64,000 bases of DNA, from NCBI GenBank assembly GCA_965261345.1, contig OZ253449.1, positions 864,001-928,000 on the forward strand, given 5' to 3'. Of this stretch, positions 19,986-30,297 are shown piece by piece; position 1 is the stretch's first letter, and the number at the start of each line of letters is the position of its first letter. The DNA comes from Chloroflexota bacterium. GTDB taxonomy: Bacteria; Chloroflexota; UBA11872; VXNJ01. Under the pieces are notes generated by a model that was not told the DNA's origin, made no database searches, and was given only the letters and a program-made list of their open reading frames with translations. The position numbers and the translations under genes are program-made.

Positions 19986-20306
19986 ATTCAAATTCAATTT
20001 CTCTGGTACCCCGACTGCCCTTCGCACCCGCAGGCGCGGGCGATGCTCGACGAATCACTCGCTGAGCTCGGGTTGAACGCCAGCGTTGAATCCATCTGCA
20101 TTGACAGTTGGGAAGCTGCGCGGTCCCACCAATTTCCGGGATCCCCCACCATCCGCCTCGACGGGGCCGACATCGATCCGGAAGGAGCGGCGCTAATGGG
20201 GGTAGCGCTTACTTGCCGCACCTACCTGCGGGAGGGTTCGGGGTTTTCACCGCTTCCGCTGAAGGGTGATCTGGTCGCGGCCATCAAACGAGCGGCTAAC
20301 CTTTAG
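19986..20306 (+). CDS. Small thioredoxin-like protein (DUF2703/alkylmercury-lyase-associated-like)
   Basis: IQFLWYPDCPSH, FPGSPTIRLDG and TCRTY. RBS GGAAGG at 19975-80 precedes ATC/ATT; the track start lies inside tRNA-Leu. Confidence 0.75.
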   Translation: MQIQFLWYPDCPSHPQARAMLDESLAELGLNASVESICIDSWEAARSHQFPGSPTIRLDGADIDPEGAALMGVALTCRTYLREGSGFSPLPLKGDLVAAIKRAANL

Positions 20307-20360
20307 CCAGGCATCACCAATAATTTTTCTGCGAGTCGCAGATTGCAAAGGTCGTCCACA

Positions 20361-20885
20361 ATGCCACTCCCAATAGGCGCTCCCGCCCCCGATTTCTCCC
20401 TGCCGGCCACCGACGGTTCTATGGTTGGTTTAAACGACCTGGGCAACGGCCCGAAGCTGATCGTTTTTACATGCAACCACTGCCCCTACGCCAAGGCGTG
20501 GGAAGGTCGGCTGATCGACATCGGTAACACCTATGAGGGTCGCATCGGGATGGCGGCCATTTGCGCCAACGACGCCAAAAATTACCCGGCCGACAGTTTC
20601 GAAAAAATGGCTGCGCTGGCCAAGGCCCACAAGTACTCGTTCCCGTACCTGCACGACGGGTCGCAGGCGGTTGCCCGCGCCTATGCCGCCGAGCACACGC
20701 CCGAGGTCTACCTGTTCGACCAGTCCGGCAACCTCGTCTACACCGGTGCCGTCGACGATAGCGTCGAGGCGGCCGACGCCAGCGCCAACCACCTGCGAGA
20801 TGCGATCGAGGCGCTCCTGGCCGGCGCGGCTCCGCCGGTTTCGGCGACCGCTGCGGTCGGTTGCACGATCAAGTGGGCGGCCTAG
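20361..20885 (+). CDS. AhpC/TSA-family thioredoxin-like protein
   Basis: APDFSL, FTCNHCPY, FPYLHD, TPEVYLFD and GCTIKW. Confidence 0.92.
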   Translation: MPLPIGAPAPDFSLPATDGSMVGLNDLGNGPKLIVFTCNHCPYAKAWEGRLIDIGNTYEGRIGMAAICANDAKNYPADSFEKMAALAKAHKYSFPYLHDGSQAVARAYAAEHTPEVYLFDQSGNLVYTGAVDDSVEAADASANHLRDAIEALLAGAAPPVSATAAVGCTIKWAA

Positions 20886-20896
20886 GGCAATCGGAC

Positions 20897-20931
20897 CCCG
20901 GTGGACGCCGCCGGTTTCGGCGCCCACCGGG
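20897..20931. terminator. GC hairpin between convergent genes
   Basis: CCCGGTGG-ACGCCG...CGGCG-CCCACCGGG inverted repeat. Confidence 0.45.
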
Positions 20932-20932
20932 C

Positions 20933-22033
20933 CTAGGTAGGCAAGCGCGGAGCGGATATTTCCAGCTGGTCACGGCCGCCGAGTCCCGGAAACGGATCGG
21001 TTGGCAATTCCTGATACCAGTAGGCGACTGAGGCGATGTCATCTTGTAGCGGCAGGTAACGCCGCTCGCGACGGTTGCGCCAGCCCAGCGCCTGGATGCT
21101 CGCCCGCAAGCGCTCGCCGAAGCGAATCGGGTCCATGACGTGGAATCGGTACATCGCAAATCGCCGGTTCTGGTTGTAGGTGGCGGTCGAATCGTAGACC
21201 ACCCGCATCCCGAGGAACGGCGTCGAATAATCGACGTAACGGCCGTCGACATCCCAGTTGTAGGCACCGCCGAAATAGTCTTCGGTGCCGGTGCCACAGA
21301 TGGTTGGAAATTGGTCGTCGGAATCGATGAAGAACTTGATCTCGCCCTCGCCCCACCAACCATCATCATTGGGCTGCCAGCCGATTGAGCAACCAACAAA
21401 ATGGCCACGCCCGAACACGCCGTCCACAATCGTGTGGTCGCTCATGTATTTGAGGGGGTTGGAGCGACGAAATTGGGCGTGGAAATACGCCGCGTCGGAT
21501 TCAATTTCAGTCAGCGCATAGTTGATCTGGTAGTAGCACGATAACGAATCCGATGAGCGGTTTTCAATCGTGATCCGGGCGTTCGTCCTAAACGGCATCT
21601 CCCAGAAACAATTGACGCCGTTGTTGGGATTTACCGAAACCGGCAACGCGTTTACGGGCGAATACTTCTCCCATGGCTGGGCGAAGAAATCACACACTGG
21701 GGCTTCAACCGAGGGCTGTTCCTGACCGTCCCAGAAAAATCGCAGAATGCACTCGCGCCTAACGATCCGTCCGGCAAACCAAATGCTCTGGACCGCTCCA
21801 GGTCCGGAAATATTGGCCAACTCGAAGGTTTGGCCGGGTGCCAGCGTGACCGCCGGTGCAACCTTCCAGCCACGGCCCAGATCAGTGGCCGCCTCACCGC
21901 CGAAACCATTGGTGGCCATGCCCCCGCGGCCGGGCGCACCATCCGGATTTTCGGCGCTGATTGACCGCGTCTTGGCGTTCGAAAGTCGTGATAGGTTGCC
22001 TAGGTGTAACCCCAGGCCGTTGAAGCCGTTCAT
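20933..22033 (-). CDS. DUF2961 / glycoside hydrolase family 172 protein
   Basis: RSISAENPDG, WEMPF, YFHAQFRR, WWGEGE, GTGTEDYF and DIASVAYWYQ. Confidence 0.92.
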   Translation of the reverse strand: MNGFNGLGLHLGNLSRLSNAKTRSISAENPDGAPGRGGMATNGFGGEAATDLGRGWKVAPAVTLAPGQTFELANISGPGAVQSIWFAGRIVRRECILRFFWDGQEQPSVEAPVCDFFAQPWEKYSPVNALPVSVNPNNGVNCFWEMPFRTNARITIENRSSDSLSCYYQINYALTEIESDAAYFHAQFRRSNPLKYMSDHTIVDGVFGRGHFVGCSIGWQPNDDGWWGEGEIKFFIDSDDQFPTICGTGTEDYFGGAYNWDVDGRYVDYSTPFLGMRVVYDSTATYNQNRRFAMYRFHVMDPIRFGERLRASIQALGWRNRRERRYLPLQDDIASVAYWYQELPTDPFPGLGGRDQLEISAPRLPT

Positions 22034-22119
22034 TGGCGGTTGCGCCTGCCATTAGCTCTGATACTGCCCGCAATAAGACTTTAGGCAAGCTGGCACCCGG
22101 CCCTATGGGCCGTTGGGAG

Positions 22120-22434
22120 TCATGACAGCTTGAGCGCGGTCCCGTAGGCGACGATCTCGGCCGAACCCTGCGAAACACTGGCGGTAATAAAGCGGGTCGC
22201 AACAATGGCATTGGCGCCCCTGGACTCGGCTTCGGCCACCATTCGTCCAACCGCCTGCTCGCGCGCTTCAGCTAGCAGTTTGGTGTATTCGATCACCTCA
22301 CCGCCAACGATATTGCGCAGTCCCGCCACGATATCGCGGCCTACGTTGCGCGCCCGCACGGTGCTTCCGCGCACCAACCCGACGGTTTCAAGGACCTGGC
22401 GCCCCGGCACCGAATCAGTCGTAGTAATAATCAA
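22120..22434 (-). CDS. YbjQ/UPF0145 family protein
   Basis: IITTTD, GLRNIVGGE, GANAIVATRF and AYGTA. Confidence 0.93.
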   Translation of the reverse strand: MIITTTDSVPGRQVLETVGLVRGSTVRARNVGRDIVAGLRNIVGGEVIEYTKLLAEAREQAVGRMVAEAESRGANAIVATRFITASVSQGSAEIVAYGTALKLS

Positions 22435-22682
22435 TTGTCAACTTCCTTAAAGTCTTCCTCGCCGCGCTTGCGGAGCCGATCCAGCAGCAGCGCCAAGGTG
22501 GATAACAGCAACCCGACGATCATCGCCGCGACGCCAACGCGGACCGGCAACGGTACCTTGGGGTCGCCTAGAAATATATCCACCAATTGATAGGCCCAGT
22601 AACCGAGCAACAAGACAACGCCGGCGGCCAAACAAATCAGACCGATCCAGAGTGCCGCTTTAACCGCCAAATCTCGCGTCAA
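22431..22682 (-). CDS. Small two-TM membrane protein coupled to YbjQ
   Basis: Two hydrophobic helices; TTGA overlap with the YbjQ start; RBS GAGG before TTG 22682. Confidence 0.65.
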   Translation of the reverse strand: MTRDLAVKAALWIGLICLAAGVVLLLGYWAYQLVDIFLGDPKVPLPVRVGVAAMIVGLLLSTLALLLDRLRKRGEEDFKEVDN

Positions 22683-22801
22683 TTGCGCCTCACCATCAAA
22701 CCGTATACCAGAAACCGCATAGGGATCTGCAAGCCGATTTTGGCACTCTCCCGGGCCGCACAGAAAAATTCGCAGCCGGTCCACAGTCCTTAAAATGCTG
22801 C

Positions 22802-22874
22802 GGGCCCATAGCTCAGCTGGAAGAGCGCCTCAATGGCATTGAGGAGGCCGTCGGTTCGAGTCCGATTGGGTCCA
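22802..22874 (+). tRNA. tRNA-Ala (GGC), CCA not encoded
   Basis: G3:U70 pair and anticodon loop ATGGCAT; followed by CCG. Confidence 0.93.
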
Positions 22875-23577
22875 CCGGGGCGTTGCCCCCAAAGTCGGCC
22901 CCCTCGGGTGGCCCTCAAGGGTTCATTGGCTCTGTGGGACCGCCGGGCAATGTGGCGGTCGCATCGAGGATTCAAAACCCGCTGGGCTCTACGCCAATTC
23001 ATTGGTGGCGGGCCGGACGAGCCGCCTGGCTCTGCCAATATCGTTGGTGGTTGAGAGTTCGACAAAGTGGCGGTGTTGGAGGATCTGCCCGGAATCACGC
23101 CCCGCCAGCACCATCCACCATACCGGCGCAGTTGGCAATGTGAAATGCCCACTCCAATGTCAGGCCGCGCGTGCAGGACCGCCTCTGCTACGAAATCGAA
23201 AAGTCGGTGCGCGCGCGCTCATACGTAGCGTTCAGGCCGCCCAACTGACACGATGCGGCACTCCGGACTGCCGGATTTTGCAGTGGGCGCGCAGCAGATT
23301 CGATTTCCCAGAAACCGTGATTTGCACGGGTCCGAGTTCGGCTTGGTAAAACTCAAACAAGAGGTCGGTGGCCGCGTTGATCCCCCTCACGTGCATGTTC
23401 ATCCTCAAGTAACCGACATCTGGGTCGGGATCGAGCCGATGGGAGAAGCCAGATGTTGCCGGTCCGCCTCCGGGATTGTCATGCCGGGACCCACCAGCGA
23501 GAATTTCGGAGGACAGTTTGCTTAAACTCACCGATCGCCCGGCAACCACCTAGGCGGATCATTTGGAAGAAGGACCG

Positions 23578-24279
23578 ATGCGACCCAAACGCCTGGCCCT
23601 GATATTTGCAGGTATTGCCCTGGCAGTCGGTCTGGCTGCCTGCGATGGGCAGACCGAAACGCCCGAAATTGATACGGCGCCACCGGCAGCGAGCGTGGCC
23701 ACCCCGGCCGTGCCCGCAGCAACAGTTCCCGCCCCGCCGGCACCGGTCGCACCCGCCCCTGCCTCGGCAGCGACAACCGAGCCGGTTGCGGCTCCGCCCG
23801 CACCCGAAGTTGATCCGGCCGTACCGGCGCCACCGGTCCTGGATGCTCCCGCACCGCCCCCGCCCGAGCAGCCGGCCGAGCCGGGCCCGCTGGATGGCAT
23901 CATGGTGCCCGACCCCTATGATCCCAATGAGGAGGCGTCGATCCTGGCTCGCTACCAAGCAGATAAAGCACGGTTGCCGGCAGTCCTCGCGTCCGGTTCA
24001 CCGGTGTTGTGGGTTACCGATGCAATCTGGTGCTACCTTTGCGAGGCGGTCCGGCCCCACGTCCGCGAAATCATGGACGAATATGCGGGACGGGTCCACG
24101 TTTTGATCATGGATTACGACGATTCCGACTTGGCCGGCTACCGCAGCGATTTCAACGCCGAAAACCACCCCTCGCTGGCGACTTTAGGGGCAAACGGGGT
24201 CTTGGTCCGCTCCCACCAGGGGGTTGCCAACAAAGCCCAGATCGTGGAGATGATCGAGGCGGCGTTGGCCGCCAGCTAA
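23578..24279 (+). CDS. Lipoprotein with Pro/Ala linker and C-terminal thioredoxin domain
   Basis: Lipobox LAAC, WCYLC and cis-Pro HPS. Confidence 0.8.
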   Translation: MRPKRLALIFAGIALAVGLAACDGQTETPEIDTAPPAASVATPAVPAATVPAPPAPVAPAPASAATTEPVAAPPAPEVDPAVPAPPVLDAPAPPPPEQPAEPGPLDGIMVPDPYDPNEEASILARYQADKARLPAVLASGSPVLWVTDAIWCYLCEAVRPHVREIMDEYAGRVHVLIMDYDDSDLAGYRSDFNAENHPSLATLGANGVLVRSHQGVANKAQIVEMIEAALAAS

Positions 24280-24313
24280 TCCGCTCCCGCGACTTTACAA
24301 AAGGCCGGGCCGG

Positions 24314-25486
24314 CTAGCCCAATATCGCGATTCCGGGCAGGGTCTTGCCCTCGAGCATTTCCAGCGCGGCCCCGCCACCAGTAGATACGTGGTCAAACTC
24401 GCGTTCGAGGCCGAGGCCGACGACCGCGGCCACGGAATCGCCACCGCCAACGACTGAATAGGCCTTAGATTGAGCTACCGCCAAGGCGACCCCGTTCGTT
24501 CCGGTCGCAAACGCCGGGACCTCGCTCATCCCCATCGGGCCATTCCAAACCACGCTGCCGGCCAACGCGATCTGCTCAGCGAACGAAGCAATCGTTTTGG
24601 GGCCAATGTCGAGCATCATCTGATCCGGCGGGATTGCGGTCGCCGATACGATCTCGGCCTGGTCGCCAAATTCGGGGCCGGGGGCGATGACCGCGTCCTG
24701 GGTAACCTGCAATTTGATTCCCGCAGCAAGGGCGGCTGCTTCAATCGCCGAAGTTTCCGTCAACAGATCGGGTTCAAGCAGCGATCGGCCGATTTCCAGT
24801 CCCCTGCCGAATAAAAAATTTCCGGCCATGCCGCCGCCTATAAGCAGCGCATCGACTCGATTGAGCAGGCTGCGCAATACCCCGAGCTTGCTGGAAATCT
24901 TGGCGCCGCCAACGATTGCCACCAACGGTCGCGACGGGTCCTGCAGTACCCCGGCGAGTGCCGCGATTTCGCGCTCGACCAAAAATCCCGGGTAGGCCGG
25001 CAGATGGTCGGCTATTCCAACAATCGATGCATGGGCGCGGTGCGAGGCCCCAAATGCGTCATTTACGTACAGATCGCCGGGACCTGACAGGGCTTTGGCA
25101 AAGTGGGGGTCGTTGACGTTTTCACCCGGGTGAAAACGGACATTTTCCGCAAGCACCATCCCTCCTGAAGGCACCTGGGCCAGGGCGCTGGTTACCGAAC
25201 GGCCGATGCAATCATCGGCAAATTGCACCGGACAGCGACAGATTCGAGCCAGTGCCGGGGCTATTGGGGCGAGCGACATTCTTGGATCCGGTCGACCTGC
25301 CGGACGCTTGAAATGTGAATATACGACCACCGCCTTGGCCCTCTCGCGCAGAAATCTAAGCGTTGCAGCAACCGCCTCGATCCGCGTGTTGTCGAGGATC
25401 TTGCCATTCTGTGCGGTGGGGACATTGAGATCGGCCCGGACCAAGACGGTTAGGCCGGCCAGATCGGCCGCCTTGAGGCTACGCAT
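24314..25486 (-). CDS. pgk: Phosphoglycerate kinase
   Basis: VRADLNVP, ENVRF, NDAFGASHRAHAS, WNGPMG and HVSTGGGA. Confidence 0.97.
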   Translation of the reverse strand: MRSLKAADLAGLTVLVRADLNVPTAQNGKILDNTRIEAVAATLRFLRERAKAVVVYSHFKRPAGRPDPRMSLAPIAPALARICRCPVQFADDCIGRSVTSALAQVPSGGMVLAENVRFHPGENVNDPHFAKALSGPGDLYVNDAFGASHRAHASIVGIADHLPAYPGFLVEREIAALAGVLQDPSRPLVAIVGGAKISSKLGVLRSLLNRVDALLIGGGMAGNFLFGRGLEIGRSLLEPDLLTETSAIEAAALAAGIKLQVTQDAVIAPGPEFGDQAEIVSATAIPPDQMMLDIGPKTIASFAEQIALAGSVVWNGPMGMSEVPAFATGTNGVALAVAQSKAYSVVGGGDSVAAVVGLGLEREFDHVSTGGGAALEMLEGKTLPGIAILG

Positions 25487-25526
25487 CCACGCTGGCCCCA
25501 CAGAGTGCGGGGCTAAGGTCCTGAGC

Positions 25527-26540
25527 CTAGCCCGCTACCGCCGCCGGAGAACCGACCAAATTGACCACATCGGCCAGGCGCGAAGCGTAACCCCACTCGT
25601 TGTCGTACCAAGCCGCGACCTTGGCCAAATTACCGCCCACCACCATAGTGCTGGCCGAGTCGACGATTGACGAGTGTTCATCGCCGCGCAGATCGGCCGA
25701 GACCAGCGGCTCGTCGGAGACCGTCAGGATGCCGGCTAGTTCACCGGCGGCGGCCTGGCGCAGGGTATCGTTGATCTCTTCCGAACTGGTATCGCGATCG
25801 AGCACCACCACAAATTCGACGATCGATACGGTGGCGGTCGGGACCCGGTACGCGGCGCCGTCAAGCCGGCCGTTGAGCTCAGGGATCACCTGTCCGATCG
25901 CCCGGGCGGCACCGGTGGCGGCGGGGACGATATTGAACCCGGCGGCACGCGCATCACGCATATCGGAAACCGCCGAATCAACCAGCGACTGCGACGATGT
26001 ATAGGCGTGAACGGTGGTCATTTGGCCTTTGCGGATTCCGAAGTTGTCGTGAATTACCTTCACCGCCGGCGCCAACCCGTTGGTTGTACACGAAGCGTTG
26101 GAGATGATCCGGTGTCGCTCCGGGTCAAATTGCCGATCGTTAACGCCTAGCACCATCATCAGATCAGCGTCGCTCGACGGCGCCGAAATAATCACTCGCC
26201 GGGCGCCGGCCGCTAGATGCTTTTCAGCAAAGGAACGTTTGGTTCCAACCCCGGTGGCCTCGATGACGACATCGACCTCGAGGTCGGCCCAGGGGAGATT
26301 TGTCCATTCGCGCTCGGCAAATATCCGCACCGGCCGATCATCTACCAGCAGGGTCCCGTCTAGTGCCTCGATCGTACCCGGATAGGGACCGTAATTGGTG
26401 TCGTATTTGAGCAAGTGAGCATTGTGGGCGGGGTCGGTCAGGTCATTGATGGCAACGATCTCAGTCGCCGGATAGCGTTGGCGCAGTGATCGGAAGCAGA
26501 GGCGGCCAATCCGGCCAAAACCATTAATGGCAACACGCAT
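25527..26540 (-). CDS. gap: Type I glyceraldehyde-3-phosphate dehydrogenase
   Basis: INGFGRIGR, SNASCTTN and WYDNEWGY. Confidence 0.97.
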   Translation of the reverse strand: MRVAINGFGRIGRLCFRSLRQRYPATEIVAINDLTDPAHNAHLLKYDTNYGPYPGTIEALDGTLLVDDRPVRIFAEREWTNLPWADLEVDVVIEATGVGTKRSFAEKHLAAGARRVIISAPSSDADLMMVLGVNDRQFDPERHRIISNASCTTNGLAPAVKVIHDNFGIRKGQMTTVHAYTSSQSLVDSAVSDMRDARAAGFNIVPAATGAARAIGQVIPELNGRLDGAAYRVPTATVSIVEFVVVLDRDTSSEEINDTLRQAAAGELAGILTVSDEPLVSADLRGDEHSSIVDSASTMVVGGNLAKVAAWYDNEWGYASRLADVVNLVGSPAAVAG

Positions 26541-26710
26541 GCAGACAGGGTCCTAGGTGATGGGGCGAGCGGTGGTTACTGTACCGGTGCGCTGTGTGGC
26601 TCAATGATCGACCGGTGCGGCGGGTTCGCGAGATTGGATTGGGCCGCGGCAAAATTTTAGCTATTTGATGGATTAACGCCGGAGCCAACCCGCATCGCGA
26701 AAGGGATAGA

Positions 26711-28045
26711 TCAAGCCGGCGGGTCGGACGCCCGATGCAGATCGATCACCCGCGGCCGGGTTGATCCAGCCGAACCGTAGTAGATCGACAGTACGGTACT
26801 GGCGAGCCGCTCAGGGTGGTGATGGATCGGCAGTTCGTGGTCAATGATCGCGTCGGTAAATGTCTCGTAGCCGCGGGCTACAAGTTGCGCCTGGTGGCTG
26901 GCTGGAGCCAGCACAAACGAGCGACTGCGGGTCGACCCCGGCAGGCGCGCCGTGGTATCGGCGTTGACCAGTATGTAATCGAACAGATTTGGGCCGACAT
27001 GGTCCTCGATCGCCCGCACGTGGTCGAGGACGTCAAAGCTCTCGGTCTCACCCCGTTCGGTGGTCACGTTGACCACAAAGAGTTTCATCGCCGAGGAATG
27101 GCGGATCGCGGCGGCGATTTCCGGAACTAACAGATTGGGCAGGATCGAAGTGTAGACGCTGCCCGGTCCGATGACTACGATTTCAGCGGCCAGGATCGCA
27201 TTGACGGCATCTTCGTTGGCGATAACCCGCGCGGGGTGCAGGTAGACCCGGCGAATACGGCGGTTGCCAGACCCGATCCGCGATTCACCGATGACGGTGG
27301 TGCCATCCTCCATTTCGGCAGCCAAATGAACGTCGGTGGCCGTGGAGGGGGTAACGTTCCCATGGATCCGCAACACCTCGGTGAGACCCTCCACCCCGCG
27401 CTCGACTCCCCCGGCAATATCGCGCATGGCGGTAATCAATAGATTTCCCAGGCTGTGACCCTGCAGACCGTCACCGCGGCGGAAACGGTAATCGAGCAAT
27501 TTGGTCATCAATGCTTCCGAATCGGCCAGCGAGGCCAGGCAATTGCGCAGATCGCCCGGCGGCACCAGTTGGAATTCCTTGCGCAGGCGGCCGGAGCTGC
27601 CGCCGTCATCGGCGACCGTCACCACCGCCGTGATGTTGGCGGTTTTTTCCTTGAGCCCGCGCAGCAGCACCCCTTGGCCGGTCCCGCCGCCGATGCTCAC
27701 AACGCGCGGACCACGGCGTAGCAGGCGGCCGCGATAGACCATTTCAGCAACGTTTTCGCCCGGGGCGACCACAATTGAAATCACCGAACGAAACAACAGG
27801 AACACGCTGCTGGCCATTACGGTCAATCCGACCGCGCCGACGAATATTTCACGATAAGGGTGCGCCACCCATTGCAGGGTCCCCAAGCCGACCAGGGAGG
27901 AGGTGCTTTCGGGAAAATCAACCGTGCGATAGACGGTGGCCAGGATCATCGCCAGCGCCAGCCCGACCAATACGGTGCCTACCAATATCCCGACCACGTA
28001 GCGCTTAACGCCCATACCGATTCGCAGCCAGCGTGTAGACCGCAT
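26711..28045 (-). CDS. yvcK: Gluconeogenesis factor YvcK/GlmR with N-terminal TM helices
   Basis: GGGTG, VTVADDGGSSGRLR, PPGDLRN, GHSLGNL and GPGSVYTS. Confidence 0.92.
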   Translation of the reverse strand: MRSTRWLRIGMGVKRYVVGILVGTVLVGLALAMILATVYRTVDFPESTSSLVGLGTLQWVAHPYREIFVGAVGLTVMASSVFLLFRSVISIVVAPGENVAEMVYRGRLLRRGPRVVSIGGGTGQGVLLRGLKEKTANITAVVTVADDGGSSGRLRKEFQLVPPGDLRNCLASLADSEALMTKLLDYRFRRGDGLQGHSLGNLLITAMRDIAGGVERGVEGLTEVLRIHGNVTPSTATDVHLAAEMEDGTTVIGESRIGSGNRRIRRVYLHPARVIANEDAVNAILAAEIVVIGPGSVYTSILPNLLVPEIAAAIRHSSAMKLFVVNVTTERGETESFDVLDHVRAIEDHVGPNLFDYILVNADTTARLPGSTRSRSFVLAPASHQAQLVARGYETFTDAIIDHELPIHHHPERLASTVLSIYYGSAGSTRPRVIDLHRASDPPA

Positions 28046-28199
28046 CGCCGGAGACCTCCTTGGTGAAGAACCCGCACGGGAAGTTGTAATCTAAGCCCGG
28101 CAGCCGCCAACCCGCCGCCCCGATTCGGACAACGGCCACAATCTAGAATAGCGACCTTATATTGCCGAATTGTTGCAACCCAATGGGAGCCTGCTGAGG

Positions 28200-28490
28200 A
28201 TGTGGGTCGGAACCCTGCAGTTGAACATGCAACTTCCCGGATGCCAATCGCGCAAGGAGAAGCGCAGCATCGTCCGGTCGCTGGTCGAAAGTTCCCGGGC
28301 CAGATTCAACGTCGCCTGCGCCGAAGTCGGTCATCTCGATCGCCGCGACTCAACTCAGATCGGGGTGGCGGCAGTCGCCAATCAGCGGGCATTCGTTCAG
28401 CAGGTGCTAGAAAAAGTGGAAGCGGCGATGCTGGCCCGCCAGCCCGAGGTCGAAATCGGCAGCCGCGAATGTGAAATATACTCGCTCTAG
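28200..28490 (+). CDS. DUF503 (YlxP-like) protein
   Basis: MWVGTL, SRKEKRSIVRSL, RFNVACAEVG and IGVAAV. Confidence 0.85.
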   Translation: MWVGTLQLNMQLPGCQSRKEKRSIVRSLVESSRARFNVACAEVGHLDRRDSTQIGVAAVANQRAFVQQVLEKVEAAMLARQPEVEIGSRECEIYSL

Positions 28491-28589
28491 CAACTAGACG
28501 GTCCCGCAACGCCAGCTCGCAGCCGGCCCCTTCCCGGCCTATGCATCACACGCAACGGTGACCACCGCGCCAAAACTGGGCAATTGGAC

Positions 28590-28724
28590 ATGAAACGCAC
28601 CTATCAACCCAAAGTGCGACGCCGCAAGCGCCGCCATGGGTTCATGCATCGCATGCGCACCCGCGGAGGGCGAGCAGTAATATGCCGCCGCCGCCGCCGA
28701 GGCCGCCAGCGTTTGGCCGCTTAG
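28590..28724 (+). CDS. rpmH: 50S ribosomal protein L34 (not in ORF track)
   Basis: [44 protein letters not shown]. Confidence 0.96.
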   Translation: MKRTYQPKVRRRKRRHGFMHRMRTRGGRAVICRRRRRGRQRLAA

Positions 28725-28747
28725 CCGCCGGACCGGTATTTTTCAAT

Positions 28748-29092
28748 ATGTCTGACAATCGGACCCCCGTTCCGACCTTGCGGCTGCGCCGCGGCGCCGA
28801 TATCCTGCGGGTACGCGCGCACGGCCTGGTCCACAAGTCGCGGTCCATGCGCGTCTTTGCCACCTCCAATCCGGGTGGTCAGCTGCGGCTCGCCGTTACC
28901 GCCAGCCGCCGGGCTGGAAAAGCGGTGGACCGCAATCGCGCCCGGCGCCGCATCCGGGCCGCTTTCAGACAAGCCCAACTAAGCGTTGGCGCCGAACTTG
29001 ACGTTGTGGCCAACGTGTACCGCCCGGCGCTCTACCAGCCTTGGCCCGGGTTGCTGGCAAACGCCCGCGAAGCACTGTTAAAAGCGTGCTGA
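28748..29092 (+). CDS. rnpA: Ribonuclease P protein component
   Basis: RLAVTASRRAGKAVDRNRARRRIR (RNR motif) and synteny. Confidence 0.9.
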   Translation: MSDNRTPVPTLRLRRGADILRVRAHGLVHKSRSMRVFATSNPGGQLRLAVTASRRAGKAVDRNRARRRIRAAFRQAQLSVGAELDVVANVYRPALYQPWPGLLANAREALLKAC

Positions 29093-29325
29093 TTCAAAGG
29101 GTTCTGCTGGCCTCAATCAAGGCTTACCAGCTCCTGCTATCGCCGCTGCTGGGTTCCAACTGCCGGTTCCTGCCGACCTGTTCGCAGTACGCCGCCGAGG
29201 CAATTTCCCAGCATGGCGCCCGGCGCGGCGTCTGGCTGACAATTACCCGAATCATGCGCTGCCATCCCTTTAGCAGCACCGGCTACGACCCGGTTCCTGG
29301 GCCACAGCCTGGGAAGGAACACTAG
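29086..29325 (+). CDS. yidD: Membrane protein insertion efficiency factor
   Basis: YQLLLSP, CRFLPTCSQY, RCHPF and GYDPVP. Confidence 0.93.
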   Translation: MLIQRVLLASIKAYQLLLSPLLGSNCRFLPTCSQYAAEAISQHGARRGVWLTITRIMRCHPFSSTGYDPVPGPQPGKEH

Positions 29326-30297
29326 ATGCCCGGTTGGCAGGAATTTGTCATTGACCCGCTCACCGTGGGCCTTACCGGATTGGCCGACGCGGTCGGTGGA
29401 TTCGGGGTAGCAATAGTCCTAATGACCCTGGCGATCAGGGTATTGATCTTCCCGCTGTCAGTGCGCGGGATTCGCGCTCAACGCAAGATCCAGGTACTCC
29501 AACCCAAGGTCAACGAAATCAAGATGCGGGCTCGCGGTGATCGTCAAAAAGAGTCACAGTTGACCATGGCCTTATATAAGGAATATGGCGTGAGCCCGCT
29601 ATCTGGATGTTTGCCACTGCTGCTGCAGATGCCGGTCCTGCTGGCCATGTACGGGGCGCTGCTTACGGTTGGCACCTGCATTGGCGCCGACGGGGTGCGC
29701 ATCGAACAGGGGATCATGGGGCTGGGTGCTGATACCTACGCCAATTGCGCCGCTCTCGGGGGAACCGTTCCCCTTGACCAAGACTTCCTCTGGTTCAACT
29801 TGGCCCAGATTGATCGCACTATCGAGTTCTTGTTTCTGCCGCAATGGTGGCCCGCCCCGCTCACCTACATCTCGGTGCTGGCGCTGTTGGGCGGCCTGAC
29901 CTTCTGGCTGCAGACCTTTATGGCCCAGCCGGTCCAGGCCCCGACGGGTCCGCAGGCCACATTCCAAAGGGTGATGCAAATCTACCCGCTGTTCTTCGTA
30001 TTTATCGGTTGGTTCTTTTTCTCCGGCATCCTGCTGTACTGGGTCTTGGCCGGATTTATTCAAATCGCTCAGCAGTTTTTCATCTCTGGCTTAGGCAAGC
30101 TCGAGCCAATGCTCTCGCCCGACCACCAAGAGCTTGCCCAACGCCTGGGCGCCGGTTACTTTGCCGGCTCTCAGCCCCCGCCGCCGCAGGCAACGTCGCT
30201 CCCTAAAGAGACCGAGCAACCGGATTCACCGACGCTGGGGGCCAAAACTGCCAACACTCGCAAAAGACGCAGACGAAGGAGACGCCGTCGTGGATGA
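29326..30297 (+). CDS. yidC: YidC/Oxa1 membrane insertase
   Basis: LQPKVNEI, LYKEYGVSPLSGCLPLLLQMP, FLWFNL and LYW. Confidence 0.93.
   Translation: MPGWQEFVIDPLTVGLTGLADAVGGFGVAIVLMTLAIRVLIFPLSVRGIRAQRKIQVLQPKVNEIKMRARGDRQKESQLTMALYKEYGVSPLSGCLPLLLQMPVLLAMYGALLTVGTCIGADGVRIEQGIMGLGADTYANCAALGGTVPLDQDFLWFNLAQIDRTIEFLFLPQWWPAPLTYISVLALLGGLTFWLQTFMAQPVQAPTGPQATFQRVMQIYPLFFVFIGWFFFSGILLYWVLAGFIQIAQQFFISGLGKLEPMLSPDHQELAQRLGAGYFAGSQPPPPQATSLPKETEQPDSPTLGAKTANTRKRRRRRRRRRG

Noticed and set aside
22802-22816. 15-nt identity of tRNA-Ala and tRNA-Ile2 5' ends as attL/attR
   Set aside because: Both are complete tRNAs with different anticodons; this is ordinary tRNA conservation.
23690-23890. Low-complexity repeats here and at ~42000-42500
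   Set aside because: They encode Pro/Ala/Thr linkers and are not DNA-level arrays.
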